NCBI GenBank assembly: GCA_045643805.1
Contig: JAZRFT010000017.1
Span: 88,123-152,122 of the forward strand
DNA: 64,000 bases
From: Acutalibacteraceae bacterium
GTDB lineage: Bacteria; Bacillota; Clostridia; Oscillospirales; Acutalibacteraceae
Reading direction: 5' to 3'
A program made the translations under genes and the position numbers. The notes under the pieces are model-generated. The model saw only the letters and a program-made list of their open reading frames with translations. It was not told the origin of the DNA and did not search any database. This document shows, piece after piece, positions 56,322-64,000 of the stretch; the stretch's first letter is position 1; each line of letters starts with the position of its first letter.

Positions 56322-59300
56322 TTAACAGCAGGCTGAAAGGCAGGTGATAAGCTCCTTTATGGCTTCAATAGATGAGCGCCCCATAAGCTTGACTGAAATG
56401 TAGGGTGCAGTACTTCTTGCGCCGCTTATCAGTGCACGGCCTCTCATGTTCTGCGCAACGGCAGAGGCATATTCGGGCCTGAAATCGTTGAAAAATGCAA
56501 GCACCATACCATTTTGCTGTTTAATTTCGAAAATTCCGAGCTTTGCCGCGTTGGCTCGAAGCAGAGCAACATCAATAAGCCCCTGAACACTGGGCGGAAT
56601 ATCACCGAAACGGTCAATGAATTCGTCGGTGACGTCCATAGCATCCTCACCGTTTTCAATTTCTGCAATACGCTTGTACATATTTATGCGGTTTTTCACC
56701 GAGTCAATGTAGGTTTCGGGGATGTGAGCGTCAACATTGATATCAACAACGCATTCTTTTTTCTCCACGTGCTCCTGACCTGTTTTTTCTTCACCGATGG
56801 CCTCGGAAAGAATTTTAAGGTACATATCGTAGCCGACAGCCTCCATATGTCCGTGCTGTTGAGCACCGAGGATACTGCCTGCACCGCGGATTTCAAGATC
56901 ACGCATAGCAATTTTAAAGCCCGAGCCGAATTCCGTAAATTCACGGATTGCTTCAAGGCGGCGCCTTGCGGTTTCGTTTAATTCCTTGTGCTTGTTGTAG
57001 GTGAAATAAGCAAAGGCTCGGCGGGGACTTCTGCCCACTCGGCCTCTTATCTGATGAAGCTGTGCAAGACCGAGGCGGTCAGCATCCTCAATGATGAGGG
57101 TGTTTGCGTTGGGAACATCAACACCTGTTTCAATTATAGTGGTGCAGACAAGGATGTCAATTTCATTTTCAAGAAGCTGACGCCACACCTCACTTAATTC
57201 TTCCTCGCTCATTTTACCGTGGCCTATGCCGATACGGGCATCGGGCAGGTATTCCTTAATCTGTGCGGCACGTCCTTCAATACCGTCAATGCGGTTGTAA
57301 AGGTAGTAAACCTGACCACCTCTGCGAAGCTCCCTTTCCATTGCCTCGGCAAGGATATCCATTTCCTGGGCAACAACGTAGGTCTGTACCGGATGTCTGC
57401 CCGTGGGAGCAATTTCCAGAAGTGACATATCACGGATGCCCGTCATTGCCATATTGAGTGTACGGGGAATAGGTGTAGCCGAAAGGGTCAGCACGTCAAC
57501 ACCGGGAAACTTTTCCTTGAGCTTTTCCTTCTGAAGCACACCGAAGCGTTGCTCCTCATCGACAATGAGAAGTCCCAGGTCTTTGAATTCAACGCTTTTG
57601 GCAATGATTGCGTGAGTGCCGACGATGATATCAATACTGCCTCTTTTTAGGGCTTTTTTTATTTTAGTTCGGTCACCCTGACTGCGGAAGCGTGAAATCA
57701 TATCCACTTCAACGGGGAAGCCGTCAAAACGCTTTTTTATAGTCTGAAAATGCTGGAAGGCAAGAATTGTTGTAGGTACAAGAATTGCACATTGCTTTCC
57801 GTCGGCCACACATTTGAAGGCGGCACGCAGGGCAACCTCTGTTTTGCCGAAGCCTACATCACCGCAAAGGAGTCTGTCCATAGGTGAGGGGCGCTCCATA
57901 TCGTGCTTTATATCGTGGATTGCAACAAGCTGGTCGTCGGTTTCCTCAAATTCAAAACGGCGCTCAAAGTCACTTTGCATATCCATATCAGGTGAAAAGC
58001 TGAAGCCCTTGCTGTTCATACGCTCGGCATAAAGCTCGGTAAGCTTTTTGGCCATATCCTTTACAGCGGCACGGACACGGGACTTTGTCTTTTTCCACTC
58101 ATCAGAGCCTAGCTTATTGAGCTTCACCGTTTTGTCCATATCGTGAGGTGAGGCGTATTTTGAAATCAGGTCAAGCTGTGTGACAGGAAGGTAAAGCACA
58201 TCACTTCCGCGATAGTTGATTTTGATAAAATCCTTGATAACGCCTGACATATTCATTGTCTTAATGCCGTCAAAAACACCTATGCCGTGCATAGCGTGAA
58301 CTATGTAGTCACCCTTTGATATTTCATCAAGTGAGGTAAGACCTTTCCCCGTTTTATACTTTGCTTTCTGCTTTTTCTTTTCTGTTGCAACAACCTTTCC
58401 GTAGGTAAAAAGGGAGAATTTAAGGAAATCGTATTCCATACCCGAGGAAACACAGCCTGCAATAACGCTGACAAAGCCCTTCGGGAATTCACCGGGCACA
58501 ACGGGGAAATATCTTGCCTTTATGCCCTCTGTTTCAAGGTCAAAGGCAAGCTCCTTTGCACTTTTTTCCGTGCCTGCCATAACAACACAGGTGTAGCCTG
58601 AATGGATGCAGGGTTTAAGGTCATCCATAAGATATGAGAGTGTGCCGTCCCAACGGGAGGTCTGACGGGCATTGATGCTCACAAGCTCCTTTACGGGAGT
58701 ATCAAAGGAGCCTCGGGCAAGGGAGTCAAGATAAATTGCACCTTGCTCCTCATATTTTTTCAGCACTTCTGTCCAGGTGAGTGCATAGGTGTCAATGCCC
58801 TTTGTAAGAATACCTTCCTCAAAAAGAGTGCGGATATCCTCGTTGAGAAGAGCCGAGGAGGTGTTGAACTTCTGCTTGACGGAAGCGCTTTCACATACAA
58901 ACAGAAGATCATCCTTCATATAATCAAAAACCGTTGCAAGTCCGTCGTAGGCAAGGGCAAGATATTTGTCGGGAGCACCTACGCCGATAAAATGCTCGAG
59001 GGCGTCAATATCTTCACGGATTTTTTCCTTTGCCTTGACGCTTCCTTTACCCTTGACGGTTTCAATAAAGGAAAGAAGCTTTTCCTTCATTGCCTCGTGT
59101 GAGTCGAAAAGCACCTCTGTTGCAGGGGTAAGCTTTACGGCGTCCAGAACATCGGTACGGCGCTGACTTTCAATGTCAAAATGAGCCATTGAGTCAATTT
59201 CATCACCCCAGAATTCAATACGGCAGGGTTCTGTGCTGTCGGGAGGGTAGAAGTCAAGTATGCCGCCGCGAAGGGAAAACTGACCTACACCTTCAACAAG

Positions 59301-59798
59301 GTCGGTACGGCTGTAGCCTGCGGCAAGTAAAAGGTTTGTGATTTTGTGAGTGGTAATTTCATCGCCGACAGAAAAGGACGGACTGCGTTTGCGAAGCTCA
59401 TCGCAGGGGAGAGTAAGCTGGGTAGCGGCCTCAATACTGCAAAGGACAAAGCGGCACTTGTTGTCGAGAATCTGACAAAGTGCGGAAAGACGCTTCTGCT
59501 CAAATTCGTGGGACTTGTTGTCGTTTGAGCGGAAGGAGAAATCTCGTGCAGGGTAAAGCACGGCACCGCCGCAAAAGCTGTTAAGGTCATCACAGAGCTT
59601 GCTTGCAGTACCCTCGTCGTGGCAGATGATGAGGGCTTTTTTGTTGTCTTTCTGCTCCTCGAGGAGGGCGGAGATATAGTGAGCCTTATGCACCTGGGAA
59701 AGACAGATTACGCCCATAGGGAGTCGGCGGTTATTTATTGAGGCAGATATTTTTTCAAACTCTGAGCTGCCCTTTAATATTTTTGAAAAGCCCGACAT
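56322..59798 (-). CDS. mfd: Transcription-repair coupling factor
   Basis: The 1158-aa product has superfamily-2 helicase motifs (GDVGFGKTEVA, DEEQRFG, SATPIPRT), a CarD-like domain and a TRCF C-terminus. Confidence 0.97.
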   Translation of the reverse strand: MSGFSKILKGSSEFEKISASINNRRLPMGVICLSQVHKAHYISALLEEQKDNKKALIICHDEGTASKLCDDLNSFCGGAVLYPARDFSFRSNDNKSHEFEQKRLSALCQILDNKCRFVLCSIEAATQLTLPCDELRKRSPSFSVGDEITTHKITNLLLAAGYSRTDLVEGVGQFSLRGGILDFYPPDSTEPCRIEFWGDEIDSMAHFDIESQRRTDVLDAVKLTPATEVLFDSHEAMKEKLLSFIETVKGKGSVKAKEKIREDIDALEHFIGVGAPDKYLALAYDGLATVFDYMKDDLLFVCESASVKQKFNTSSALLNEDIRTLFEEGILTKGIDTYALTWTEVLKKYEEQGAIYLDSLARGSFDTPVKELVSINARQTSRWDGTLSYLMDDLKPCIHSGYTCVVMAGTEKSAKELAFDLETEGIKARYFPVVPGEFPKGFVSVIAGCVSSGMEYDFLKFSLFTYGKVVATEKKKQKAKYKTGKGLTSLDEISKGDYIVHAMHGIGVFDGIKTMNMSGVIKDFIKINYRGSDVLYLPVTQLDLISKYASPHDMDKTVKLNKLGSDEWKKTKSRVRAAVKDMAKKLTELYAERMNSKGFSFSPDMDMQSDFERRFEFEETDDQLVAIHDIKHDMERPSPMDRLLCGDVGFGKTEVALRAAFKCVADGKQCAILVPTTILAFQHFQTIKKRFDGFPVEVDMISRFRSQGDRTKIKKALKRGSIDIIVGTHAIIAKSVEFKDLGLLIVDEEQRFGVLQKEKLKEKFPGVDVLTLSATPIPRTLNMAMTGIRDMSLLEIAPTGRHPVQTYVVAQEMDILAEAMERELRRGGQVYYLYNRIDGIEGRAAQIKEYLPDARIGIGHGKMSEEELSEVWRQLLENEIDILVCTTIIETGVDVPNANTLIIEDADRLGLAQLHQIRGRVGRSPRRAFAYFTYNKHKELNETARRRLEAIREFTEFGSGFKIAMRDLEIRGAGSILGAQQHGHMEAVGYDMYLKILSEAIGEEKTGQEHVEKKECVVDINVDAHIPETYIDSVKNRINMYKRIAEIENGEDAMDVTDEFIDRFGDIPPSVQGLIDVALLRANAAKLGIFEIKQQNGMVLAFFNDFRPEYASAVAQNMRGRALISGARSTAPYISVKLMGRSSIEAIKELITCLSACC

Positions 59799-59883
59799 AG
59801 CAAATCTCCTTTAACGCAGTATTGCACCCGAACAGCTTCACGGTGGGGGGTGAAGGCTTCGGGTGTAATTTTATATCGGTTAT

Positions 59884-59913
59884 ATTATAGTATAAAAAAA
59901 GAGTGAAAGTCAA
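59884..59913 (-). promoter_or_regulatory. Promoter of mfd
   Basis: On the minus strand: TTGACT, an 18-nt spacer, then TATAAT. The 5' UTR holds an interrupted 14-bp hairpin (59825..59865). Confidence 0.5.
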
Positions 59914-59938
59914 TGAATTTTGACACACCAAAACAAGA

Positions 59939-60116
59939 AAAGTTTTGGTCAAGCTTTTACAAAAGCTTGTCAGGGTTTGTAAGGGGTGAAACCCCTTACG
60001 CATTAAAACAATATAGAAAAGCAGGTGTTTTAAAACACCTGCTTTATTTTTATTATTTCACCGCTCGCCGCGGGGCGTTACTTTTCTTGGAAGAAAAGTA
60101 ACCCAAAGAACTTTAC
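59939..60116. repeat. REP/BIME-like inverted doublet (type A arm plus type B arm) around a terminator
   Basis: The left arm 59939..59969 is AAAGTTTTGGTCAAGCTTTTACAAAAGCTTG, followed by the hairpin GTAAGGGG/CCCCTTAC. The right arm 60061..60116 is the reverse complement of GTAAAGTTCTTTGGGTTACTTTTCTTCCAAGAAAAGTAACGCCCCGCGGCGAGCGG. Confidence 0.85.
60019..60044. terminator. Bidirectional terminator
   Basis: AAGCAGGTGTTTTAAAACACCTGCTT with flanking A and T runs. Confidence 0.75.
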
Positions 60117-60133
60117 ATTTTTTGCGCTCTTAC

Positions 60134-61531
60134 TTATTCAGCATCCTCAACGGGAGCCTTGCCCTTTGCAAGGATAAGGTTTGTAACAATACCGAGAATA
60201 AGAGCACAAGCAATTGATGTGATTGTAATCTTACCGAAGTTGAGGGTAAGACCGCCGATACCTGCAATAAGGATAACTGAAACGGTGTAGAGGTTCTTGT
60301 TATCCTCAAGGTTAACAGCCTGTACCATCTTAAGACCTGAAACAGCGATGAAGCCGTAAAGTGCCATGCAGACACCACCCATTACACAAGAGGGAATGGA
60401 GTCAACAAAAGCAACGAAGGGCTGGAAGAAGGCGATGATGATTGCGCCGATTGCTGCTGCGATGATGGTGTAAACTGATGCGTTTCTTGTAAGAGCAACG
60501 CAAGCAACTGATTCACCGTAGGTTGTGTTGGGGCAGCCGCCGAAGAATGCACCTACCATTGAGCCGACACCGTCACCGAGGAGAGTTCTGTGAAGACCGG
60601 GCTCCTTAAGAAGATCCTTGCCGATGATGGAAGAGATGTTTTTATGGTCGGCAATGTGCTCTGCGAAAACAACGAATGCAACGGGAAGGTAAGCTGCAGC
60701 GATTGTGCCGATGTAAGCACCGTCAATTTCCTTGATACCCTTCATAGCGGTAAGGAAGGTGAATTCGGGGAGTGCGAAAAGGCTGATGCCTGAGAATACG
60801 CTGAAGTCGATAAGCTTAAGAGCATCATTGCCCGTCTTTGTGCCGATTAAGGTAAGAATAACTGCAAAAGCGTAGCCTGAAAGGATACCGATGATGAAGG
60901 GGATAAGCTTGATTGACTTTTTGCCGTAGGTTGAGCAGATCATTGTAACAAAGAGAGTTACAAGACCGCAGGCAATTGCAACAAGGGGATTTGCGGAGGA
61001 AACCTTGTTTACAACATCAACAACCTGACCGTCCTGAATTATCTGTGAAGCGGCGTCAATCATAAACTTGCCCTTCTGAAGGTCGCCGATTGCATTACCT
61101 GCAAGTGAAAGACCGATGATGGCAACTGTGGGACCGATAACCTGCTTGGGCATAAGCTTGTCAATCCAGTTAACACCTGCAAATTTAACAATAAGTGCAA
61201 TTGCAACATAAACAAGACCTGCAAAAATTGCACCGAGGATGATACCTGCGTAGCCTGCCTGTGCACTTACTGCACCTGCAAAGGCGGCACCCATTGAGCC
61301 GAGGAATGCAAAGGATGAGCCAAGGAAAACGGGGCTGTTAGCCTTTGTGAAGGCAACATAAACAAGTGTACCTACACCTGCACCTAAGAGGGCTGCGGAG
61401 GGTTGCATGCCGTTGCCGATAATGATGGGCACAACAAGTGTTGCCGCCATAATGGCAAGGAGCTGCTGAATTGCATAAATAATCAGCTGCGGAATTTTAG
61501 GCTTGTCTTTAATGTCGTAATAAAGTTTCAT
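60134..61531 (-). CDS. NCS2-family nucleobase permease (uracil/xanthine type)
   Basis: About 13 TM segments are predicted. NCS2-like blocks are present (QQLLAIMAATLVVP, FLGSSFAF, CPNTTYGES). Confidence 0.8.
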   Translation of the reverse strand: MKLYYDIKDKPKIPQLIIYAIQQLLAIMAATLVVPIIIGNGMQPSAALLGAGVGTLVYVAFTKANSPVFLGSSFAFLGSMGAAFAGAVSAQAGYAGIILGAIFAGLVYVAIALIVKFAGVNWIDKLMPKQVIGPTVAIIGLSLAGNAIGDLQKGKFMIDAASQIIQDGQVVDVVNKVSSANPLVAIACGLVTLFVTMICSTYGKKSIKLIPFIIGILSGYAFAVILTLIGTKTGNDALKLIDFSVFSGISLFALPEFTFLTAMKGIKEIDGAYIGTIAAAYLPVAFVVFAEHIADHKNISSIIGKDLLKEPGLHRTLLGDGVGSMVGAFFGGCPNTTYGESVACVALTRNASVYTIIAAAIGAIIIAFFQPFVAFVDSIPSCVMGGVCMALYGFIAVSGLKMVQAVNLEDNKNLYTVSVILIAGIGGLTLNFGKITITSIACALILGIVTNLILAKGKAPVEDAE

Positions 61532-61555
61532 ATTTTCCGTCCTTTTCTTAAATTT

Positions 61556-61594
61556 TATTCTTAAAAATCAGTGCCACAAGCAGTGGCACTGATT
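61556..61594 (-). terminator. Terminator of the GH5 gene / possible attenuator before the permease gene
   Basis: On the minus strand: AATCAGTGCCAC-(5 nt)-GTGGCACTGATT followed by TTTTAAG. It ends about 25 nt before the permease ATG. Confidence 0.7.
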
Positions 61595-61600
61595 AAAAAG

Positions 61601-62872
61601 TTACAGATGTGCCTGAACATTGGCCTCAAAGTGGCCTGTATCCTGGAATCCTGTCTTTGTGTTAAGTCTTTCTGCTGACCATGCTTCCTGGATATCTTCA
61701 TAGCTGCCGTTTGCAATGTCTGCTCTCCAGAAGCCGTCCTTTGCGCCGTACATGCACCAGTCGGAGCTCCACATGCCGTGACCTGTTGCCTTGTAGGTCC
61801 AGAGCATCCAGCTGTAATCAAGCTTGTTCATTGTGCTGAAGCAGTTCTTCCAGGTTGTCTTCTGATGGGGATAGAATTCACCGACCATAAGGGGTACATT
61901 GGGATGAAGGAAGATTGTAAGAAGAAGGAAGAAGTTGAAGATAAAGTCATTGTTGTTGTAGAAGTGAACCTGATAAACGATGTTATCCCAGCCCTTAAGG
62001 AAGGTTTTGGGAAGAGCAAAGCCGGTCCAGATTGCTTCCATTGTGATGATGTGGTCTTCGTCAACGGCACGTACTGTATCGTAGAGGATGCCGTAAATCC
62101 ATTCGTTCTTTACGCGTCTTTCAATTTCTGTGCACTGAACGTCGCACATGGGTTCATTGAGAAGGTCGTACATTGCAACTGCGGGGTTGCCGTTAAAGCG
62201 TTCTGCAATAGCCGTCCAGAGCTCCTTTGTAAGGCGGCGGTATTCTTCGCCTCTTTCGCTCTGTTCGTAAAGCTGTGCACCCTGGAAAGCACGTCCGCTG
62301 TGAGGAGCATCACTCTGTGAGCCTACTGCACCGTGCATGTCAAGGATAACATAAAGCTCACGCTCACGGCATTCTTCAACAACCCAGTCAAGGATTGAGA
62401 AATCCCATTCGCCGTTTTCGTCAAGGATTTTTGTACCCTTGTCGTCGTAGTAGAAGTTTCTGTACCAGAAGGGAACACGGACACAGTTGAAGCCCTTTGC
62501 CTTGATGTTGTCAAGGTCCCACTCGGTAATCCAGTTTTCATAGTACTGATCCATAAGAGCCTTTGCCTTTTCTCTGCCGAAGCGCTCTTCAAGGGTATCG
62601 TAGATGTATTCGCCGTCGTACTGCACATCCTCGGGAATGTGGTCGGGGCAGAGCCAGTCCTCACGTACAAGCCATGCACCGAGGTTTACGCCCTTTAACT
62701 GAACGTGCTCACCCTTTTTGTTGTAGAGTGTTCTGCCTTTTACAATGAGGAAATCCTCATCGGTAAAGCCTGTAACCTCTGCGGTTTCACCTGTAGCAAG
62801 GGCTATGCTTGCCGTTGAGAAAACCATAAGAAGGCACAGAAGAAGACTCAAAGCTTTTTTAAATGTTTTCAT
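61601..62872 (-). CDS. Secreted glycoside hydrolase family 5 (cellulase/glucanase-type)
   Basis: The signal peptide is MKTFKKALSLLLCLLMVFSTASIALA. The acid/base block is LLNEP and the nucleophile block is MVGEF. Confidence 0.8.
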   Translation of the reverse strand: MKTFKKALSLLLCLLMVFSTASIALATGETAEVTGFTDEDFLIVKGRTLYNKKGEHVQLKGVNLGAWLVREDWLCPDHIPEDVQYDGEYIYDTLEERFGREKAKALMDQYYENWITEWDLDNIKAKGFNCVRVPFWYRNFYYDDKGTKILDENGEWDFSILDWVVEECRERELYVILDMHGAVGSQSDAPHSGRAFQGAQLYEQSERGEEYRRLTKELWTAIAERFNGNPAVAMYDLLNEPMCDVQCTEIERRVKNEWIYGILYDTVRAVDEDHIITMEAIWTGFALPKTFLKGWDNIVYQVHFYNNNDFIFNFFLLLTIFLHPNVPLMVGEFYPHQKTTWKNCFSTMNKLDYSWMLWTYKATGHGMWSSDWCMYGAKDGFWRADIANGSYEDIQEAWSAERLNTKTGFQDTGHFEANVQAHL

Positions 62873-62914
62873 AAATATTGACCTCCGTTTTTATATGTTT
62901 TTATACCATTTATT

Positions 62915-62942
62915 ATTATACTGCGCTTGGAAAAAATGTCAA
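62915..62942 (-). promoter_or_regulatory. Promoter of the GH5 gene
   Basis: On the minus strand: TTGACA, a 16-nt spacer, then TATAAT. Confidence 0.6.
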
Positions 62943-63035
62943 TGTGAAAAGGATTGATTTTACCTATTGACCAAAAACGACCTCGCATTTTTGGAGTAAA
63001 TTTCAATTTATAAAGTGACTTGCAAATTACAGATA

Positions 63036-63075
63036 TAAAATAAAAAGTCAGAACACGGTTTCCCGCGTCCTGACT
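63036..63075 (-). terminator. Rho-independent terminator of icd
   Basis: On the minus strand: AGTCAGGAC-(12 nt)-GTTCTGACT followed by TTTTTATTTT. Confidence 0.75.
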
Positions 63076-63103
63076 ACTTTATCATTTGACCCTTGGTCCT
63101 AAA

Positions 63104-64000
63104 TTAAAGTGCCTTTTCAAGCTCTGCCTTGATAGCCATAATAAATTCTTCCGTTGTAAGTGCGGTTGCCTCGCTGCCCTCCCAGAGACCTACAAGGTCC
63201 TTTGTCATTTTACCGCTTTCGATGGTGTCGATACAAGCCTTTTCAAGCTTTGCGGCAAAGTCCATAAGCTCCTTGTTGCCGTCAAGCTCACCACGTTTTG
63301 AAAGTGCACCTGTCCATGCAAAAATTGTTGCAATGGGGTTGGTTGTGGTTTTTTCGCCCTCAAGGTAACGGTAGTAGTGTCTTGTAACAGTACCGTGAGC
63401 AGCCTCGTATTCGTAGTTGCCGTCGGGGGAAACAAGTACGCTTGTCATCATTGCAAGGGAGCCGAAGGCGGTGGAAACCATATCACTCATAACGTCGCCG
63501 TCATAGTTTTTGCAAGCCCAGATGTAGCCGCCCTTTGAACGGATAACTCTTGCAACGGCATCGTCAATGAGGGTGTAGAAATATTCAATACCAAGCTCAT
63601 CAAATTTTGCTTTGTATTCTCTGTTGAAAATATCTTCAAATATAAGCTTGAAGGTCTGGTCATACTTTTTAGAAATAGTGTCCTTTGTTGAGAACCAGAG
63701 GTCCTGCTTTGTGTCAATAGCATATTTGAAGCAGGAGTGAGCAAAGGATTCAATTGAGCTATCCTTGTTGTACATGCCCTGAAGCACGCCGCCGCACTCA
63801 AAGTCATAAATAGTTGCTCTTTCCTCTTCACCGTCAACGCTTGTGAAAACAAGCTCTGCCTTGCCGGGCTTTGTGGTGCGGAATTCACTTGCCTTGTAAA
63901 CATCACCGTAGGCATGACGGGCAATTGTGATTGGAGCTTCCCAGGTTCTTACTGTGGGCTTGATGCCGCTTACAAGGATAGGTGTTCTGAAAACGGTGCC
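63104..64000 (-). CDS. icd: NADP-dependent isocitrate dehydrogenase (IDH1-like type), C-terminal ~298 aa (5' end outside window)
   Basis: The frame is open to the window edge. Typical blocks are ITIARHAYGD, IWACKNYDGDVMSD, GSLAMMTSVLV and EAAHGTVTRHY. Confidence 0.9.
   Translation of the reverse strand, partial: GTVFRTPILVSGIKPTVRTWEAPITIARHAYGDVYKASEFRTTKPGKAELVFTSVDGEEERATIYDFECGGVLQGMYNKDSSIESFAHSCFKYAIDTKQDLWFSTKDTISKKYDQTFKLIFEDIFNREYKAKFDELGIEYFYTLIDDAVARVIRSKGGYIWACKNYDGDVMSDMVSTAFGSLAMMTSVLVSPDGNYEYEAAHGTVTRHYYRYLEGEKTTTNPIATIFAWTGALSKRGELDGNKELMDFAAKLEKACIDTIESGKMTKDLVGLWEGSEATALTTEEFIMAIKAELEKAL

Noticed and set aside
56514-56981. 155-aa plus-strand ORF, and several others, inside mfd.
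   Set aside because: These are antisense shadows of an unambiguous 1158-aa mfd frame.
59913-60101. 62-aa plus-strand ORF between mfd and the permease gene.
   Set aside because: It consists entirely of the REP-like arms and the bidirectional terminator. Similar pseudo-ORFs can be read through the other repeat copies.
61778-62320. 180-aa plus-strand ORF inside the GH5 gene.
   Set aside because: It is an antisense shadow. The GH5 frame carries the signal peptide and the NEP/GEF catalytic blocks.

Overview
This 64-kb window looks like chromosome from a low/mid-GC Firmicute; the gene content resembles an anaerobic Clostridia (Ruminococcaceae/Oscillospiraceae-like) genome, which is inference from content only. 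I support about 58 protein genes and 3 tRNAs (Arg-ACG, Tyr-GTA, Thr-TGT). I found no rRNA, no CRISPR array and no recognisable transposase or integrase. Most genes are housekeeping: EF-G (partial), membrane H+-PPase, soluble PPase, flavodiiron protein, MTA/SAH nucleosidase, pth, rlmB, a RumA-type methyltransferase, hom, aspartate kinase, mfd, icd (partial), GH2 beta-galactosidase, a GH5 glycanase, Na/Pi-PhoU, an NCS2 permease and ABC transporters. Seven things deserve a second look. (1) A compact 7-kb minus-strand block (48840..55856) holds only phage packaging and head genes (terS, terL, portal, protease/scaffold, decoration-like, major capsid, connector and two unknowns). It has no tail, lysis, integrase or regulator genes and sits between an ABC exporter gene and mfd. 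(2) A tightly coupled seven-gene operon (13000..18073) is built around a HydS-type sensory [FeFe]-hydrogenase, with DRTGG, GHKL-ATPase and PHP partners. (3) A dispersed family of REP/BIME-like structured repeats lies just after stop codons, usually as inverted doublets around a terminator, and their hairpin stems covary between copies. (4) Two tiny peptide genes are missing from the ORF track; both encode amphipathic peptides and have near-consensus promoters, strong RBSs and terminators. (5) One membrane protein is a P-type ATPase homologue that has lost every catalytic motif. (6) A perfect 62-bp duplication covers the tRNA-Arg 3' end plus its terminator. (7) A membrane-anchored MerR regulator has a textbook 19-bp-spacer promoter with a palindrome. 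All coordinates of small motifs were counted by eye, and no database search was possible.
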